Shown here: piece by piece, positions 47,731-62,075 of the stretch
Position numbering within the stretch: position 1 is the first letter of the stretch
How the letters are laid out: every line of letters begins with the position of its first letter
DNA from: Paraspadella gotoi
Lineage: Eukaryota > Animalia > Chaetognatha
Direction: 5' to 3'
Length of the DNA stretch: 64,000 nucleotides
Assembly: GCA_051294375.1 (NCBI GenBank)
Contig: JBJCIZ010001666.1
Location: 1-64,000, forward strand
Position numbers and translations under genes: made by a program
The notes under the pieces: model-generated
Told to the model about the DNA's origin: nothing
Database searches by the model: none
Seen by the model: only the letters and a program-made list of their open reading frames with translations

Positions 47731-48173
47731 ATGAAAAAGCCTGGGTGCGCGGATCAATACTACAAATTCAAAAACCCGTATCTCAGAGCTATGGCAAAGA
47801 ACAGGAAACACCGCCGTCAACGCCGGAAAAAAATTGCTGGCCATCAGACTGGTGGAACCTCTCGTCGCGCCCGCGGGCGGCCTCGAGGTCGTCCTCGAAC
47901 TCAGAAAGGGAAGGGTCGTCAGAATCAGGGTGGAAAGGGGCGAAAGGCGTCGAACAGAAAGAATCTCGTCGGCCACGGTGCGGGAGGCGGAGGAAAAGTA
48001 AAAAAAGTGGCAAAGGAGGAAGAAAGAAAAAAAAAGCAGTGGCGGGGGTAGAACTTTTAGCGAATCCTCAAGCTCTCGGGAGGGATCTCAGCGTTCCCTT
48101 ACCAACAACCTTGGCTCAAAGATCGGGTCTGACCAAGATGAGCAAGTTGGGTACATATCTTTCCCGTCTTTAA
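47731..48173 (+). pseudogene. Basic core protein of the second Polinton (right arm copy)
   Basis: MKKPGCADQYYKFKNPYLRAMAKNRKHRRQRRKK...TQKGKGRQNQGGKG. Confidence 0.6.
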
Positions 48174-48909
48174 TTCATCGCAAGATTTGTCGAAAAACTC
48201 GACGAATGAACGCGCGTATGGGCCTAGAATATCTGGTTAATTTTTCTATTCAACTCCCTAAAACTCTCCAGGCGTCTTTTCGTTGTATCTTGAGAAATTG
48301 GGGTACCCCGCATCGAGGATCCGTCACTCCGCCTCTCACTACCCCCCCTCCCCCTAACTTGGATGCCTCCCCCTCATCGGGCATCCCCTATTGTCCGGCT
48401 GGCGGGACGCGACGCACGTCTCTATAATGGTAATTTTTAATGGGAGGGGGGGGGGGGGGGGGGGAACGGGGGCGGGGAGACTCACGCTCCGCGCATTAAC
48501 ACAACTTATCAAAATAAGAATGAATAGGCGGCGCGTGTCGGTCGACCGATGGTGGGCCTTTAGGAGGTGGAAGGGTGAAGAGGTCCGGACAGCGTTTAAA
48601 CATTGATGAGAGCGGCGCGTGCGCTTCCTCGTGCCCTTAGGTCATGGCATCGAGCTCCCTTTAAAATTCGACCGAGCGGAGGTGAGAAATCAAGTCGTTG
48701 AGTTCTTTTGCATCAATTTTTTTTCTTCTCATCTTTCTCCATCACTTCATCGGCTCATCTCTCATCTCACATCTCTCATCATTCATCTTTTCTTTTTCTT
48801 CACGCGCGATTATAACGAGATCAAAATTTTTATAAATTTTTATTCTCGAATTAACTCTTTTTGTCATCATCAGAGATACAGTTTTTCCGATTTAAAAGCA
48901 TGTTTTCTA

Positions 48910-49150
48910 TGGAACCGGCATGTTTTAGAAGCGGCATTGCTATACTGGAGCAGATATAGAAGCGGCATGAGTTTTATAGTGATTTAGAAGCGGCATTGCG
49001 GTACTGGAGCAGATATAGAAACGGCATTGCGGTACTGGAGCAGATATAGAAACGGCATGAGTTTTATAGTGATATAAAATCGGCATTGCGATACTAGGAC
49101 GGATATAGAAGTGGCGTAAGTTTTAAAACAAATACGGAATTGGCATTGCG
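48910..49150. repeat. ~28-29 bp minisatellite
   Basis: Alternating AGAAGCGGCATTGCGGTACTGGAGCAGATAT and AGAAACGGCATGAGTTTTATAGTGATAT units. Confidence 0.8.
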
Positions 49151-49310
49151 TTCTCGCAGCTGTAGATGACCCTCGACCCGCGGTCCTCGACCCTCGAACC
49201 TCAACAGGGCNNNNNNNNNNNNNNNNNNNNNNNNNNNNNNNNNNNNNNNNNNNNNNNNNNNNNNNNNNNNNNNNNNNNNNNNNNNNNNNNNNNNNNNNNN
49301 NNNNNNNNNN

Positions 49311-51330
49311 TTGTTTGTTTTGATAAACGTACTAAAAAGGATATTTAATAACTGTCCTCAACCAATTTTAACAACCTCGATGATGTTATTTGCAGAAGTT
49401 TTTAACGTTTTTATTTCTTTTCCTTTGAAATTATTGTTTTTCCGGTGTTTTCTACGTTTTATCTCTTTTACATTGGAAAAAGCGTTTTTTTGTTTTTAAA
49501 GTTTTTTTCTCCTTATTGAAGAAGTTGTTTTCTGGTATTCTCAACCTTTTTATCTTTTTTACAATGGAAAAACGTTTTCGGTGTTTTAACGTTTCATCTT
49601 ATTTCACATTGGAAAAGTTGTTTTCTGGTGTTTGTAACGTTTTTAGCTCTTTTTTACATTGGAAAAGGAAAAGGAAAAAGTCGTTTTCCGTGTTTTTAAC
49701 GTTTTCTTCTCTTTTTACAAAGGAAAAGTCGTTTTTTGATGTTTTAACGTTTTTTAGCTTTTTTTACATAGGAATAGGTCGTTTTGACGGATTTTTCAAC
49801 GGTTTTATTTATTTTTTTATTGGAAAAGTCGTTTGCCAAAGTTTTCAACGTTTTTATCTCTTTTTACATTGGAAAAAGCGTTTTTCTTGTTTTTTAAAGT
49901 TTTTATCTCTTTGGAAAGAATCGTTTGCTGGTGTTTTTAACGTTATTATCTCTTTTTACATTAGAAAAAGTCGTTTATCGGTTTTTTTTCTCTTTTTACA
50001 TTGGAAAAATCGTTTGCCGGTTTTTTTAAAGTTTTAATTTCTTTTATATTGGAAAAGAAGTTTGCTAGTGTTTTTAACGTTATTTATTTCTTTTTACATT
50101 GGAAATGTCGTCTGCCGGTGTATTTAACGTTTTTATCACTTTTACATTAGAAAAGTCGTTTATCGGTGTTTTTAACTCTTTTTACATTGGAAAAATCGTT
50201 TGCCGGTTTTTTTAAAGTTTTTATTTCTTTTTACATTGGAAAAAATCGTTTTCTGTTATTTTTAAAGTTTTCATATCTTTTTACAGAGAAGAAGTCGTTT
50301 TCTGGTGAATTTAACGTTTTTATCTATTGAGAGTGAGAGAAAGCTACATAAAATTAAAGATAAAAGAGAGAGAGAAGGAGACATAAAATAGAAAAGAGGA
50401 AATTTGTTTGTTTTGATAAAATGTATTAAAAAGATATTTAATAACTGTCCTCACCCAATTTTAACAACCTCTATGATGTTATTTGCAGAAGTTTTTAACG
50501 TTTTTATTTATTTTTCTTTGAAATTATCGTTTTCCGGTGTTTTCTAGTTTTATCTCTTTTTACATTGGAAAAAGCGTGTTTCTTTGTTTTAAAGTTTTTA
50601 TCTCCTTATTGAAGAAGTTGTTTTCTGGTGTTTTCAACCTTTTTATCCTTTTTTACAATGGAAAAGACGTTTTTCGGTGTTTTTAAACGTTTTCATTTCT
50701 TTTCACATTGGAAAAGTCGTTTTCTGGTGTTTTTAACGTTTTTAGCTCTTTTTACATTGGAAAAGGAAAAGGAAAAGTCGTTTTTCCGTGTTTTTAACGT
50801 TTTCTTCTCTTTTTACAAAAGGGAAAGTCGTTTTTTGATGTTTTAACTTTTTAGCTTTTTTTACACAGAAATAGTCGTTTGACGGGTTTTTCAACGGTTT
50901 TATTTCTTTTTTTATTGGAAAAGTCGTTTGCCAAAGTTTTTAACGTTTTTATCTCTTTTTACATTGGAAAAAGCGTTTTTCTTTGTTTTTAATTTTTATC
51001 TCTTTGGAAAAATCGTTTGCTGGTGTATTTAACGTTGGTATCACTTTTTACATTAGAAAAATCGTTTATCGGTGTTTTTTTAACTCTTTTTACATTGGAA
51101 AAATCGTTTGCCGGTTTTTATTAAGTTTTTATTTCTTTTTACATTGGAAAAAGCGTTTTTCTTTGTTTTTAAAGTTTTTATCTCTTTGAAATGTCGTCTG
51201 CCGGTGTATTTAACGTTTTTATCACTTTTTACATTAGAAAAGTCGTTTATTGGTGTTTTTTAACTCTTCTTACATTGGAAAAAAATCGTTTTCTGTTATT
51301 TTAAAGTTTTCGTATCTTTTTACAGAGAAA
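49311..51330. repeat. ~42-bp T-rich satellite array with a ~1.09-kb higher-order duplication
   Basis: Unit TTTTTACATTGGAAAAGTCGTTTTCCGGTGTTTTTAACGTTTTTATCTC. The header TTGTTTGTTTTGATAAA...CTGTCCTCA recurs at 49311 and ~50403. Confidence 0.9.
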
Positions 51331-53064
51331 AATATGGTAATTATTGAAGTTTCATATTTCGTTGTCTAAAAGACACTGATTGTATGCGAAACCTATAATA
51401 AATATTCATAGTACGATGTTGTTTATTCTTTACTACTTTTAGAATTTTTATTAAAGTTAAATTTAGAATTTTTATTATTTTTTTTAAGGACAGAAGAGAT
51501 TAAGAGTGAATAAAAAGAAATGAAATATAAGAATAAATCTTGTCCTTATTCTCAGCTGTCCTTATTCTCAATAATATTCTTTTCCTAAGTATTTTTTTAA
51601 AGCTTTATCCTTTTCTCTCTCTATTTTTTTTTCTCTTTCATTCTATCTTTTTCTCTTTCTCTCTCTCTCTCTCTCTCCCTCTCTCTTTCTCTCAAAATGT
51701 TTTGCAAAAATTGTTTAAAATATATTTTTTGTTAAACAGATTTAAAAAAAGTTAAAACATTTACATTTAAAAATAAAACTTATCTATTTATTTATCAATT
51801 ATAAACATAACAAATTGAAAGTTTTTTATGATCCATTGATCTGAATTAAAAAAAAATAATATAAAAATAAATAAATTTTTTAACAAAAAGCCGGAGGCGT
51901 TAAATAGGCGAACGCGGAGGCGATCCGGGCTAAAAAAATGAGAGGCGAACGCAAAACCGGAGGCGAGGGGGGTCTCGGGAGGCGGGGAGTGGAGGCGGGC
52001 GAAATTTAGCGCCTCCAGCATCCCTGGTTTATTTACCTTTTAACCGAAATTTTATTGTTTATTTGGATTGTTTACAAACAATTTGGAAATACTTTTATAA
52101 GTTATAAACTTATAATTGGGGATGAGCATCGTTTCTAAACAACTCATTGTTTTATATCAAATTTGGTAGCGTTCGATAGACAATTGCAAACATTATCTAC
52201 ATGCATAATTTCATCATAATCCGACAATCCGTTCAAAAGTAATCGCCAAAAAGCAATCGCAAAAATCGCTCTTCAAACCGATCAACTTTCCTTTAAAATC
52301 GAGCTCGTTTTGATCCAACAAAGTCAAAGTTTAGTACTACGCGTAGTACTAAGCTTTAGAACCGGCGCACAATGAGATCCTGGGCCTGAATTTTTCAGAA
52401 AAATCTCGTTCAATTAAAAATATTTTTTTAATTATAATTTAATTATAAATTATTTTTTAAAAATTTATTTAAATATTAATATAATCAAAACATAATTTTT
52501 ATAATTTTAAATAAATAAAATAAAATTATTTTATAATAAAATATATATTATTATCAGATTTTATAATAATAATAAAATAATTATAATAATAATAATAATA
52601 ATAAAAATAATAATTATAATTAAAAAAATAAAATTAAAAAATAAAATATTTATATTTTATTTATTATTATTATTTTATTATTATTATTAATATTATTAAT
52701 ATTATTATGATTATTATATTTTATTAAAATTAAAATTTTATTTTAATCTTATATTTTTTAATTATATACTATGATAAAAAAAACTTGTAGTTTAAAAAAA
52801 TTAGTTAATTTTATTGTAAAATATATTTTTTATGCATATATACTTTTTAATATATAATACTACTTTTTTCAGATTGAATAAAAAAGTTTATTCTTAACAC
52901 TATAATTATTTTTATATAAATATTTTTATATATTATATAATAATATAAAAAATTTAAAATTTTTTTTTCTAGCATTTGGGACTCACAAGCAACACTGTGC
53001 GACGATTTTTATTTTAATGAGTTTTTATTGGACTTTTTTTAAATTTTGCATTATATTGAGAATT

Positions 53065-56000
53065 TTGGCTTCAGAAACAAGTAAGAAAGATTCTTTAAAC
53101 TTTATATATATATATATTTGCTGAGTTTGTATTAAATGTTTTGTTATCCTTTGCCCAGGACTTCTAACTTCACTTTAACTTCAACCTTCTCTTAACTACA
53201 CTTACAACTATTTGTCAAGTCCTGGGCTTCGCCTTTGTGGCCGAGACTTTGTCGTCCTCATCTATTGAGCGTCATGATCGCGGCCATCGTCTCCTCTGCG
53301 CCATTACGCCACAAATACCAACGCTTTATTTGGCGTAGAGTTAGCCCGGAAAAGTTAGCAAGTCAATGAAACCACTCTCCGAACTTAGTTCAAAACATTA
53401 GAAGTCTTCGTTTGCGGAACACCCTGCTCAAGTGCTTCGTCGAAGGCTCTCTAAGCCTCAACGGTTTCTTCGGGATCGTTGGGAAGAAGATCCACCAGCG
53501 TCGATCTCTAGGTGTCGAGCGAGTTGACGATTCCATTATGACGGAAGATTTGATCAATCAACCATCGGACGTAAGGATCCGGCGGCGCCTTCAGGACTGC
53601 TTTCATTGCGATTAGGGATCCTCGGACTAGCGACGACGCCGTCGAACGTATTTTGGAAACGTTGATGGATTGTGCGTTATCGCTCCTTCTCGAATATTGG
53701 CAGTGAGATTGAAGTCCGGTTTCAACTCGTTTTACTTCTTCGTCTTTGCGTTTTTTGGCTGCCACCGAACTTCGCGAAGCCTTCCTTCGATTTCAACGCC
53801 GTTTTTTGCGCCATCGGCGGCGACGAATAGGAACGGGAAGACGTAAGCGCGCCAGCAATATTGTCGCCGAGAAACTCGAGCGCCCGAAAGCCGTCTTCAG
53901 CGGGACTCCCCTTTCGGCGTCTTTTGTTGACTTCGTCGTTCGTTTGTAAGTCGAATTTTGATTTGCGCTAGTGCGGCGGACGAGAAAGATATCGACAACT
54001 TCACGGCGATCCGACACTATACCCTCTCCAAAATGTCACCGAGATGTTTAGAGACACTCTTCTTCAAGCGGACATGGCTTTATTCCCGACGAGCCATCCT
54101 TAGTGGACTGTAGCAATTTCCTCATCATCCTCAACGTCGACGGCAGTTCTGGCTCATTTGGCGTCTTTGACAGAGCCAGTAGCGCTTCGACGCAAGAGTA
54201 TACCAGCGGATACCAACGCGGAAAGTTGCGTAGCTAACGAGTTCTACGGACGATTCGATCTGCAATCTCCGCAGGAAGATGAAGGATGAGGCGTTGGAAA
54301 GTTCTGTCGGATTTCCTCTATCGACTCAACAGCGCCCATGGGAAGCGCCGCTATCTCGATTTGCGAGTTGATCTTATCAAGTCGACGCGTGCATCATCGG
54401 TTGAAAGCATTGCATCGACAGGACGTTCTGGATTCGTCGCAACAAGGATGACGACAACGCCGGAGTCTTGAGTGACCCCGAAGTACCGGGCGCCTATTCT
54501 TCGGCTGCAAACCATCCCGACGGCGGATTCCGGGCGTCCAGCTCGGCCGTTCTCACCGCCTCCACCGACTCTTGAAGATTAAAGTTTCGCCGTCCGTCTT
54601 ATTTCCATCTGACGTCGTCACGGCGTCGACGGATACTCTTCGCGGATTCAAGGATTCAAGGATTCAACAACATTCCTCTCTCGTATTTTGCCACGGTCTA
54701 CGCGGCCACGCCGTCTCCGAAGATCGTCCCGAAGCGCCGCTCATTGCTCATGCGGATGCCCGCGATAGCGAGCGTTTGTCGCCGAAACCGGAACGACGAG
54801 GATGCGTCTATCAGATCTCGAGCGTGCCGTCAACAAGAGCCACGTGACGGCCCCGGACTGGAAGCGGCGTCGAGGGAAGCGCGACAGATTTTTTTCTGCA
54901 AATTTCAAATCTTCAATGATCATCGGTTTTAGAGAGAGTTGCGTGAAGCGACGGAGATGGAAATACGCTTCGTCTCTGCATTCGATCGCGCATTTCGGTT
55001 AAGAACGGAAAGGATTGAGAGAAGAAGAGAAAAGACTTTTCAAAGGTCAGCACATCGAGCTTTGGCTATGCCGAGGGAGATCTGTTTATTCATCTTACGC
55101 CGGCGTCGTCTGCGTGTAAAGCGAAATGGATCGTGACTCAACGGAATTTCCCCCGTTTTGAGTTCTCTCTCCAACAGCTCGTCGACTACCTTCATGCTTC
55201 AGAAACGCCTCCACCGGCCTACGAAGTTCGCCGGAACCGGAAAACCAAATGCGTGGAGGCGGCGGACGTGGGAGTGGCGACCGATGACGCTCCGCCTGTC
55301 GCCGATCTGCCAAATTTCTCCGGTCAAATATGGAGTTTCTGCGCGACGCGATAAGGGACCTTTTTCAAAAAGAGATTGCGTCGTGACTTCCGGCGTTCTT
55401 ACCGCTGCGGCGTTAGACGCCGAAACGCCGGCATTTGACGTCTCATGGCATCATGCGGCGCCATCCTCCAAAGCGGCGCCGTTTGAGACAGCCTTCGACC
55501 GCTCAGCTGCAAGGGCGCCGGGCTTTTTGATATTTACGCTCGGACTTTCGCCTTTCAATGCTTCAGCAGCAACGCCCAAATCGTCGTGTTTTGACTTTGA
55601 GCGTCAACTTCTTGATCAAGTGGACGTCTTTGCGTTGGAGGACGCCATGGATCCAAAGAAGTTGAAGGAGCATCCCCATTGGTTTGACGAACTTCCCAAG
55701 CGTTTCGTTGATCGATTTTTGTCTCAACTGGACGCAACCGCAGCCCTTGACGACGCCATATCGTCTTCAAGAAAGATGGGGAAAAGAGCGGACGACGGCG
55801 GATGATCGAGCAGTTCCTGAGCGGCCTAGCAGACCTCGTTCTGACGGTCGTGATGACGGATCTTCTCGTGAAAAGGATACCACGTTTTTCAGATAAGTGG
55901 GCATAAAAAATGGTTTTCTTTACACAGTATCACAATTTGAATGAAAATTTATCATTCAGTGATTTTCTGTCATTTTTTCTTTGTATAAACCATGAAGTTC

Positions 56001-58200
56001 TCGACTTCAGGCTACCGGCGACATCAAGGATGCCTGCGGCGTCAACAGCGACAATGGTTAACGTCTCGCCTGAGCAGCCGCCCTCCTCAACAAATCTGGG
56101 CCAGAATTCGAACTTTATTTGCCCAAGTTGCGAGGGTCGACGCATTTCGACGATTGGAGCCCGCCGATCGCCGCTAATTCATCGCCTCGCTTTTTCCGTT
56201 GCTTCAACTGATTGGGAAGCGGTCTTTGTTTCGACAAACGCCCTACGAAGTTGCGTTATTTCTGCAGTAAAATAATCATCCTCTCCTTCATGTCGACGGG
56301 TCGACCACCGCCAGAAGAATGGATGCTGCGAAAACGACGCCGGGATTGCCGATTCGACGAGCAACGGAAAAATAAATCGTCGGACGCCGCCGCCAATAAG
56401 TCAGGATCGGCGTCGTGCGGGAAGACGTCGTGACTTTGCTGTTTAGCCGCCGAGCGGAGGCACGTTCACCGCCCTGCGGCGCTTATCGTGATCGTCGTTG
56501 GTCGACGATGATGCAGCTTTAGTTAATATGGACATTGGGAGAAATATTGCGTTTTAAACGTCCATCTCACAAAGTGATTAAAACTTCAGCTTAGTCTCGT
56601 TTTTATCTTCTCGGATCTGAGTCTACACTCCCTAGGCCAAAGGTGAAAAGAATAAAGTTCTCTTCAGTTGACGACGCGTTCCAACTGGACATGGAGGATG
56701 TCCACGCCGTCAATCTTCTTTCGTCTAATGACGACGCTTCATCGGCGCGAGAAAAGATTTCTTATTCTGCTCATCTAGTGGATGCCGAGATTCGAAATTC
56801 ATCGCGGAAGTTAGGATTCTCTCTTTGCGTTTAAAAACGATTGGGAATGGACCGTCGGCGGCCCTCTGCGGCCAAAGGATCGCCGAGCTCCGCGAGATTT
56901 CATCAAACAACCTGTCAACGTGTCAAGGTCGACAACGAGCAGCTCTGCCGCGAGATTCGGCGACTTTTCGACGCCAATTTTTCTTCTCCGGCGCCATCGA
57001 CGAGGCCTCTTTCAACGTGCGAGATGACTTTGTTTGGGAGCAAATTCTGTCGACGATACGTTTGATCAACGGGCATAGAGCGGCAAAAGATTGTGAAGCT
57101 TACTTCCATCGAGATTCTCTCTGGATCGCGACCAGTTCCATTACAAAAGTGACGCCGGGGATGCGCTTCTTTATCGATGCCTCCAATTTGAGCAACGGCG
57201 TCAATTTGAATCGTCGCGTCGATGTTATCAACTTCGAGTAGGTGTTCTCATCATCGCCGCCAATTTCGTCTCACCGTTTGGTTCATGGACTTTTTTCGAG
57301 TTGTTTCTGTTAGACGATTTTGCTAACCGTCTTCAAGAAAATTCGGGTCAAAAAGTCGCGTTTTTTCCCGTTTTTCAAACATCGAATCGCTCGATCTCAT
57401 GGTATTTCCTTGGTGGACGAATAGAGATGCGTCCCGATATTGCTAATTGGGTCCTCTCTCTCACGGACAAATGGTGATATGGATTTGGTTCCATGATGCG
57501 GACTGATTTCTTCTTTGGATGCCGGGATCAACGTGGCCAATTACAAGCGTCTGGTCTCCATGGAAACCAAAGATCTTCCGGGTTTGATCGCCGAGACGTC
57601 AGCGGGCGTCGCCGCTCTCGTCGTTCTCCCGTTTTCTCCGCCCATTTCTCCGTTGATTCGTGGATGCTAAGAATAAACTGCTTTCGCTTTGCGCGTGTTG
57701 AAGTCTACTTCGACGTGATTTGCGGTTCATTGCTTTCCTCGAATCTACAACGTCGATATTTGATCGACAGCGAAACGCCTCTTTCGCTAATTGTATTTAA
57801 AACTTTTCGGTTCTGGAATTTGCTTTGGAAAAGATTCGCCTCTTCGTTGGTCGTCTCCTTCGTCGACTGCGGGGGGTTGATGCGCGTCGACGGCCCTCTT
57901 GGCCTTCTCGGCTCCCCTCCGAGACGAAACGTGAACAATTCCATCGTCTTGGCAGTGATGCCTTTAACGCCAGCTGACTTCTCATTTCCCCATCCGGATC
58001 TCGAGGTCGTCCAGCTCGTCCTCCTTGACGACGAGACCAAGTTGACGAGCGTGTGGAGGCCTGGCGTTTGTTTAAAGGGTGCATAGCGACGACAAGCACG
58101 TGCGGCGCGCGTTCATGCTGACCGTATGGAAAGATCTTCCAACGTGATCGTTCAAAACTTTTCCGTTTGGAACTAGACGAGAGAAAGTTAAAATAAATAC
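53065..58200 (+). mobile_element. Degenerate, internally deleted BEL/Pao LTR retrotransposon
   Basis: MDPKKLKEHPHWFDELPKRFVDRFL matches the 30.7-32.8 kb gag; GLMRVDG (pol) and VVQLVLLDDE...VWRPGV...RDRSKLFRLEL (DUF5641-like integrase tail) near 57870-58180. Confidence 0.75.
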
Positions 58201-60974
58201 AAATACCTCGTCCCTCAAAGATCTTAAACTCTTTGTGTTGCCATTCCATACTATAGGGCTATANNNNNNNNNNTAAAGTGGACTGGTTTCACGGTTTTTT
58301 TACTTTCTCATCTTAGACTTGATCGTTCTACTAATCTATGTTGATTATTTTTTTGACCTTACACATTCTGATAGATTGGCGTCTTGGCTAAGACAGGGTA
58401 TCTTAATTTGTTTATATTTTTGCAAGCTTGCTTGTTTAATTTAACAATCAAATGAACTGCTTTTTCGGCCATTAATTCGAACGTAACGCCGATAGTATTT
58501 TTTACTTTTTATTTTCCCTTCGGCGAGACGAGGGTTTTATCTTCTGTTTCTGGGTGGAGCGCACGAAAAATTCAAGCGTTTTTTTTTTAAATCCTAAGAA
58601 AACAAAGGGCTTTTGTTTCGATTAACATTTTATATTGGACCCGACCGAGCATAATGACTCTACCGCGAAATCCAAATCCGAAAGCCATGGCCTTGCGACG
58701 AGCAACCGCGGTTTCCGAAAGAGAGAATTTTGGTGGCTCGTTTGTTTTGAAACATATCTCCCGCCTTCCCGCTGTATTTTTTTAAATTAGATTTTTTTGA
58801 AATATAATATAATTAGGGGTATTTATCAAGTATTTATTAGATTTTTAAAATGTTATCTTTTCATCTTTTATCTTCTTTCTCTTCGTTTTCCCATCGACGA
58901 TATATGTCGCTCCGCGATTAGAAAAAAATCCGAAAGAACGAAGCGGTTTCTGATAATTTTGGTTCCTCGCCATTTTTGCACCAATAGCGCAGTAAATATT
59001 ACAAAACCATGGATGATTTCTGATACGGCAGTATTTGGGCTATCCAACGCAGCCGGAACAAAGAAAATCCATAAAGGTTTTAACTAAAAAATACTTAAAA
59101 TAAACACGGTGTTTAGACTGATTTCCTTTTGAATTTTTTTTATTTTGCGGTACTTACTGTATAAGTCAAATAAATATACAGCGATAATGCACTGATTCCG
59201 ATTCTGTTGGGTTTAGCCTATATTTCAAGCACATAACGAAAAAAATAAATTCACATTATAGTAAGAAATTGGAGCAATTAATTCATTTTTTTTCCAAAAT
59301 TTATTATCATTTTTATTTCTTACTGTTTTTTGCCAAACATGCCCTTTAAAATTATAAAAATAACGATTAGCTAATGAAACTACAAAGTCTTAGGTACATT
59401 TCGTTGCCCGAACGAAGAAAATTCATTGATATCATAGTCTCAATATGGAGCTTCGAAATATCTCATTTTCTTCGTAATTTACCCCTTTATTGATAAAGGC
59501 CTTGTATTATAATAAAAAATAAAAACAACAATTTAACCATACAGTTACATGCATTAGCGAGTTATTAAAAGATTGTAGTTGTTTTTTTTAAAAATGATCA
59601 TTTTTTGTAGATTATTTCTCAACGCGTGAATCGATTGATTTGAAATATTACATCAACAATGTTGACATCATTTTCTCTCAGTAAATGTAAAAATATTTAA
59701 AATAATATTATAAACGACCAGGTAACTTGCCTATAGACATAAACCTCTCGAGCGTATTCAAATCCAGTATCGCCAAATTTATTATTTGCATACAAATAAG
59801 TTACTTGGAATTTTTCAATTTATTTTCGTTTCTGTTGCTAACAATTATCTCCCTGTTATATCTTTTTAGTTATAATTTTTTTTCACCTTCGCCGTGCGGA
59901 CATCACTCTTGGCGACTAAACTCAGCGACATCACTCGGCGACTAAACTCTCAGCGACATCACTCTCGGCGACACGGGTCTCTGAGAATTGGCTCTCGGCG
60001 ACTCCATGAAAAGACCCCCTCCTCGACCTAGCGGTCATTAGGCCTTTACATCCACTCTCGGCAAATCAGTTAATAAATTTTGTTGAAGGTGAGTTGACTT
60101 ACGATCTGTGTACATTGATGAATGTTGAATTTTTAAAAATGATTGTGAAATTAACGAGTTTAAATTTGATGGTAAAAATTTAAATATGTGAGATTAAAAA
60201 CTGGCAACACTGTTAAAAGCATTTATGTCCACGGGTTGTTGAGAGGTACTCCCGAGACGTTCAAACAAAAATGATCCCGATTTTTTCGGATTCGATCAAT
60301 TCTCTTTGCGGAGCAACGGGCTCGGAATGACTCGGATATTTCCCGTCATCGTATCCGACGGCCATGATCTGTCCAGTCATGACCAGACACATTTATATTT
60401 TTTACTATCATTAATTATAATCAACATACATAGTGTTCCAATGGTACTGACAGTTAACTTTTACATATTTAACGGAACTGTTCTTAAATCTTACTTCTGA
60501 GATAACAATGTCAAAGATAAGTTCTTACCATTTATAATACTATATTTCGAATTCAATTTTTATCAGTTTTTCTTTGCAAAACAATCAATTTAAATGCGTC
60601 CTAGTTTTCACTTTTTTAATTTTTAAATTGTTTTATTTATATAAAAAAATTTATTTAAAAAATTATGTAGAGAAATATTTTGAATTAATATAAATTGTTT
60701 AAATTTAGGAAAAAAGTTTTTATTGGCAAAGACGATTTATTTAATACATCAATAAAATAATTTGTTTCCTAAATCTTAAAATGCAATGAAAAAGAAGGAT
60801 TAAACATAATTTTAATTTAGCAGTATGATTTTTCTCGTTTGTAACATTTCGTGACATTATATCTATGCAACTGTAGGATTGATATAATAATCCTTCCTTT
60901 TTTCATTGTTAGTTTGTTAGCAGAGAAAAGCAAAGTGTGAAGAGACAGTAATTATTGTTATGTGTTAGTGACAG

Positions 60975-61140
60975 AACCGTTCAATATAAGCAGTCCCTGA
61001 GCTTCGGATCAGGCTGTAACACCATGTTACAGGCGGGTTAAGCGCCCCGTCCCTCTTAACTGCTTGGCGATCACCGGGCTAGAACCCCGGACCTTTGGGT
61101 TGGGAGGCGAATGACTTGCCTCTGGCACCAATGGCCGCTG
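60975..61140 (-). mobile_element. tRNA-derived SINE
   Basis: Minus strand TGGTGCCAGAGGCAAG (A box)...CTCCCAACCCAAAGG...GGTTCTAGCCC (B box); the head is shared with the element at 61730. Confidence 0.55.
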
Positions 61141-61727
61141 ATGAACGGTTGGTGGATTTTAGTCCACCATAAGTGTTTAGAATTTTTTACAACGAACTTA
61201 TTTTAATAGATACGGACATGTTTCGGCTTGTTATTTCAAGCCTTCATCAGCGTTTAACAATTTGAAATAAATTTGTGCATAAGAAGAGAGAGAGATAGAG
61301 TAAAAGTTTTCCAACAAAGTGGTGAGACAGGATAGTGGTCAGATGTGAGGACAGGTTGAAGGTGAGGTCAGACTGAGTGAGTTGTGAAAAGAAGTGAAAC
61401 TTGTTAGAGTGAGAGAGGGAGAGAGACAACATAGATAAGTAAATAATAAAGGAAAAGGACACATTTTTGCAATGTATAACAAAGACATAACAGTTTGAAA
61501 CACTAAATGTTGGTGAAATTTAACAATTAACTAGTAAATAAATAGGTAATTAGCTGAGGAATAGTTAAGTAAAATTTGAAATTTGAAAGAAAGTTGTAGT
61601 TTATAATTTTATAAGTGATAGTCGGTTTTGAAGGTCTCGGTTTGGCATTTTATATGATATATAATTCAATATATTTTCATTATTATAATATTGTAGTATT
61701 TTATACCGCGTTACTCGTCAGAATCAG

Positions 61728-62075
61728 TAGCACCTATGGCGCCGGAGGTAGCACGAGCTCCTCCCAACCCAAAGGACTCGGGTTCGCGCCCTGTTAATTC
61801 ACACAAGGCGCGACGGCCGACGGGGCATTCAATAAAGTAAATATTTATGATCACCAAGTGTTTGCCAGAGAGTTACCTTTTCTTAAACCTCCTTCTCCAG
61901 GACAGTGGGCGTGGACAGATCCGTCAACTCCTTTGGTCTCCTTGGGAATCTCTGCTACAAGATTAGGACGTTGAGCCCAAACCTTCAAACCCTGGTGGCT
62001 GATCCCAGACAAGACGACGAAAGGGCTTGGTGGCAATCTTTAACTACAAATACCGCTGACCTTATTTTACCTTCA
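61728..62075 (+). mobile_element. tRNA-derived SINE
   Basis: TGGCGCCGGAGGTAGC (A box)...CTCCCAACCCAAAGG...GGTTCGCGCCC (B box), followed by a non-tRNA body. Confidence 0.55.

Larger units (their letters stand above)
38193..48870. mobile_element. Second, divergent Polinton: fragmented, duplicated and inverted
   Basis: Capsid C-terminus, adenain protease, QKGKG core protein and accessory ORF fragments; many N-gaps and dense indels. Confidence 0.75.

Noticed and set aside
48910-49150. CRISPR-like periodic repeat
   Set aside because: Tandem units without unique spacers, no cas genes, eukaryotic context.
49516-51189. Phe-rich ORFs resembling membrane proteins
   Set aside because: Translations of the T-rich satellite.
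52331-52352. Perfect 22-bp palindrome TTAGTACTACGCGTAGTACTAA as a Polinton terminus
   Set aside because: Not adjacent to viral genes; a similar motif near 63930 suggests an ordinary repeat end.
52420-52970. Extremely AT-rich tract as an origin or regulatory element
   Set aside because: Low-complexity (AAT/TA) sequence with no further support.
61728-61800. Functional tRNA gene
   Set aside because: A and B boxes are present but the cloverleaf stems pair poorly, and a related head occurs at ~61070-61140, which fits a SINE.
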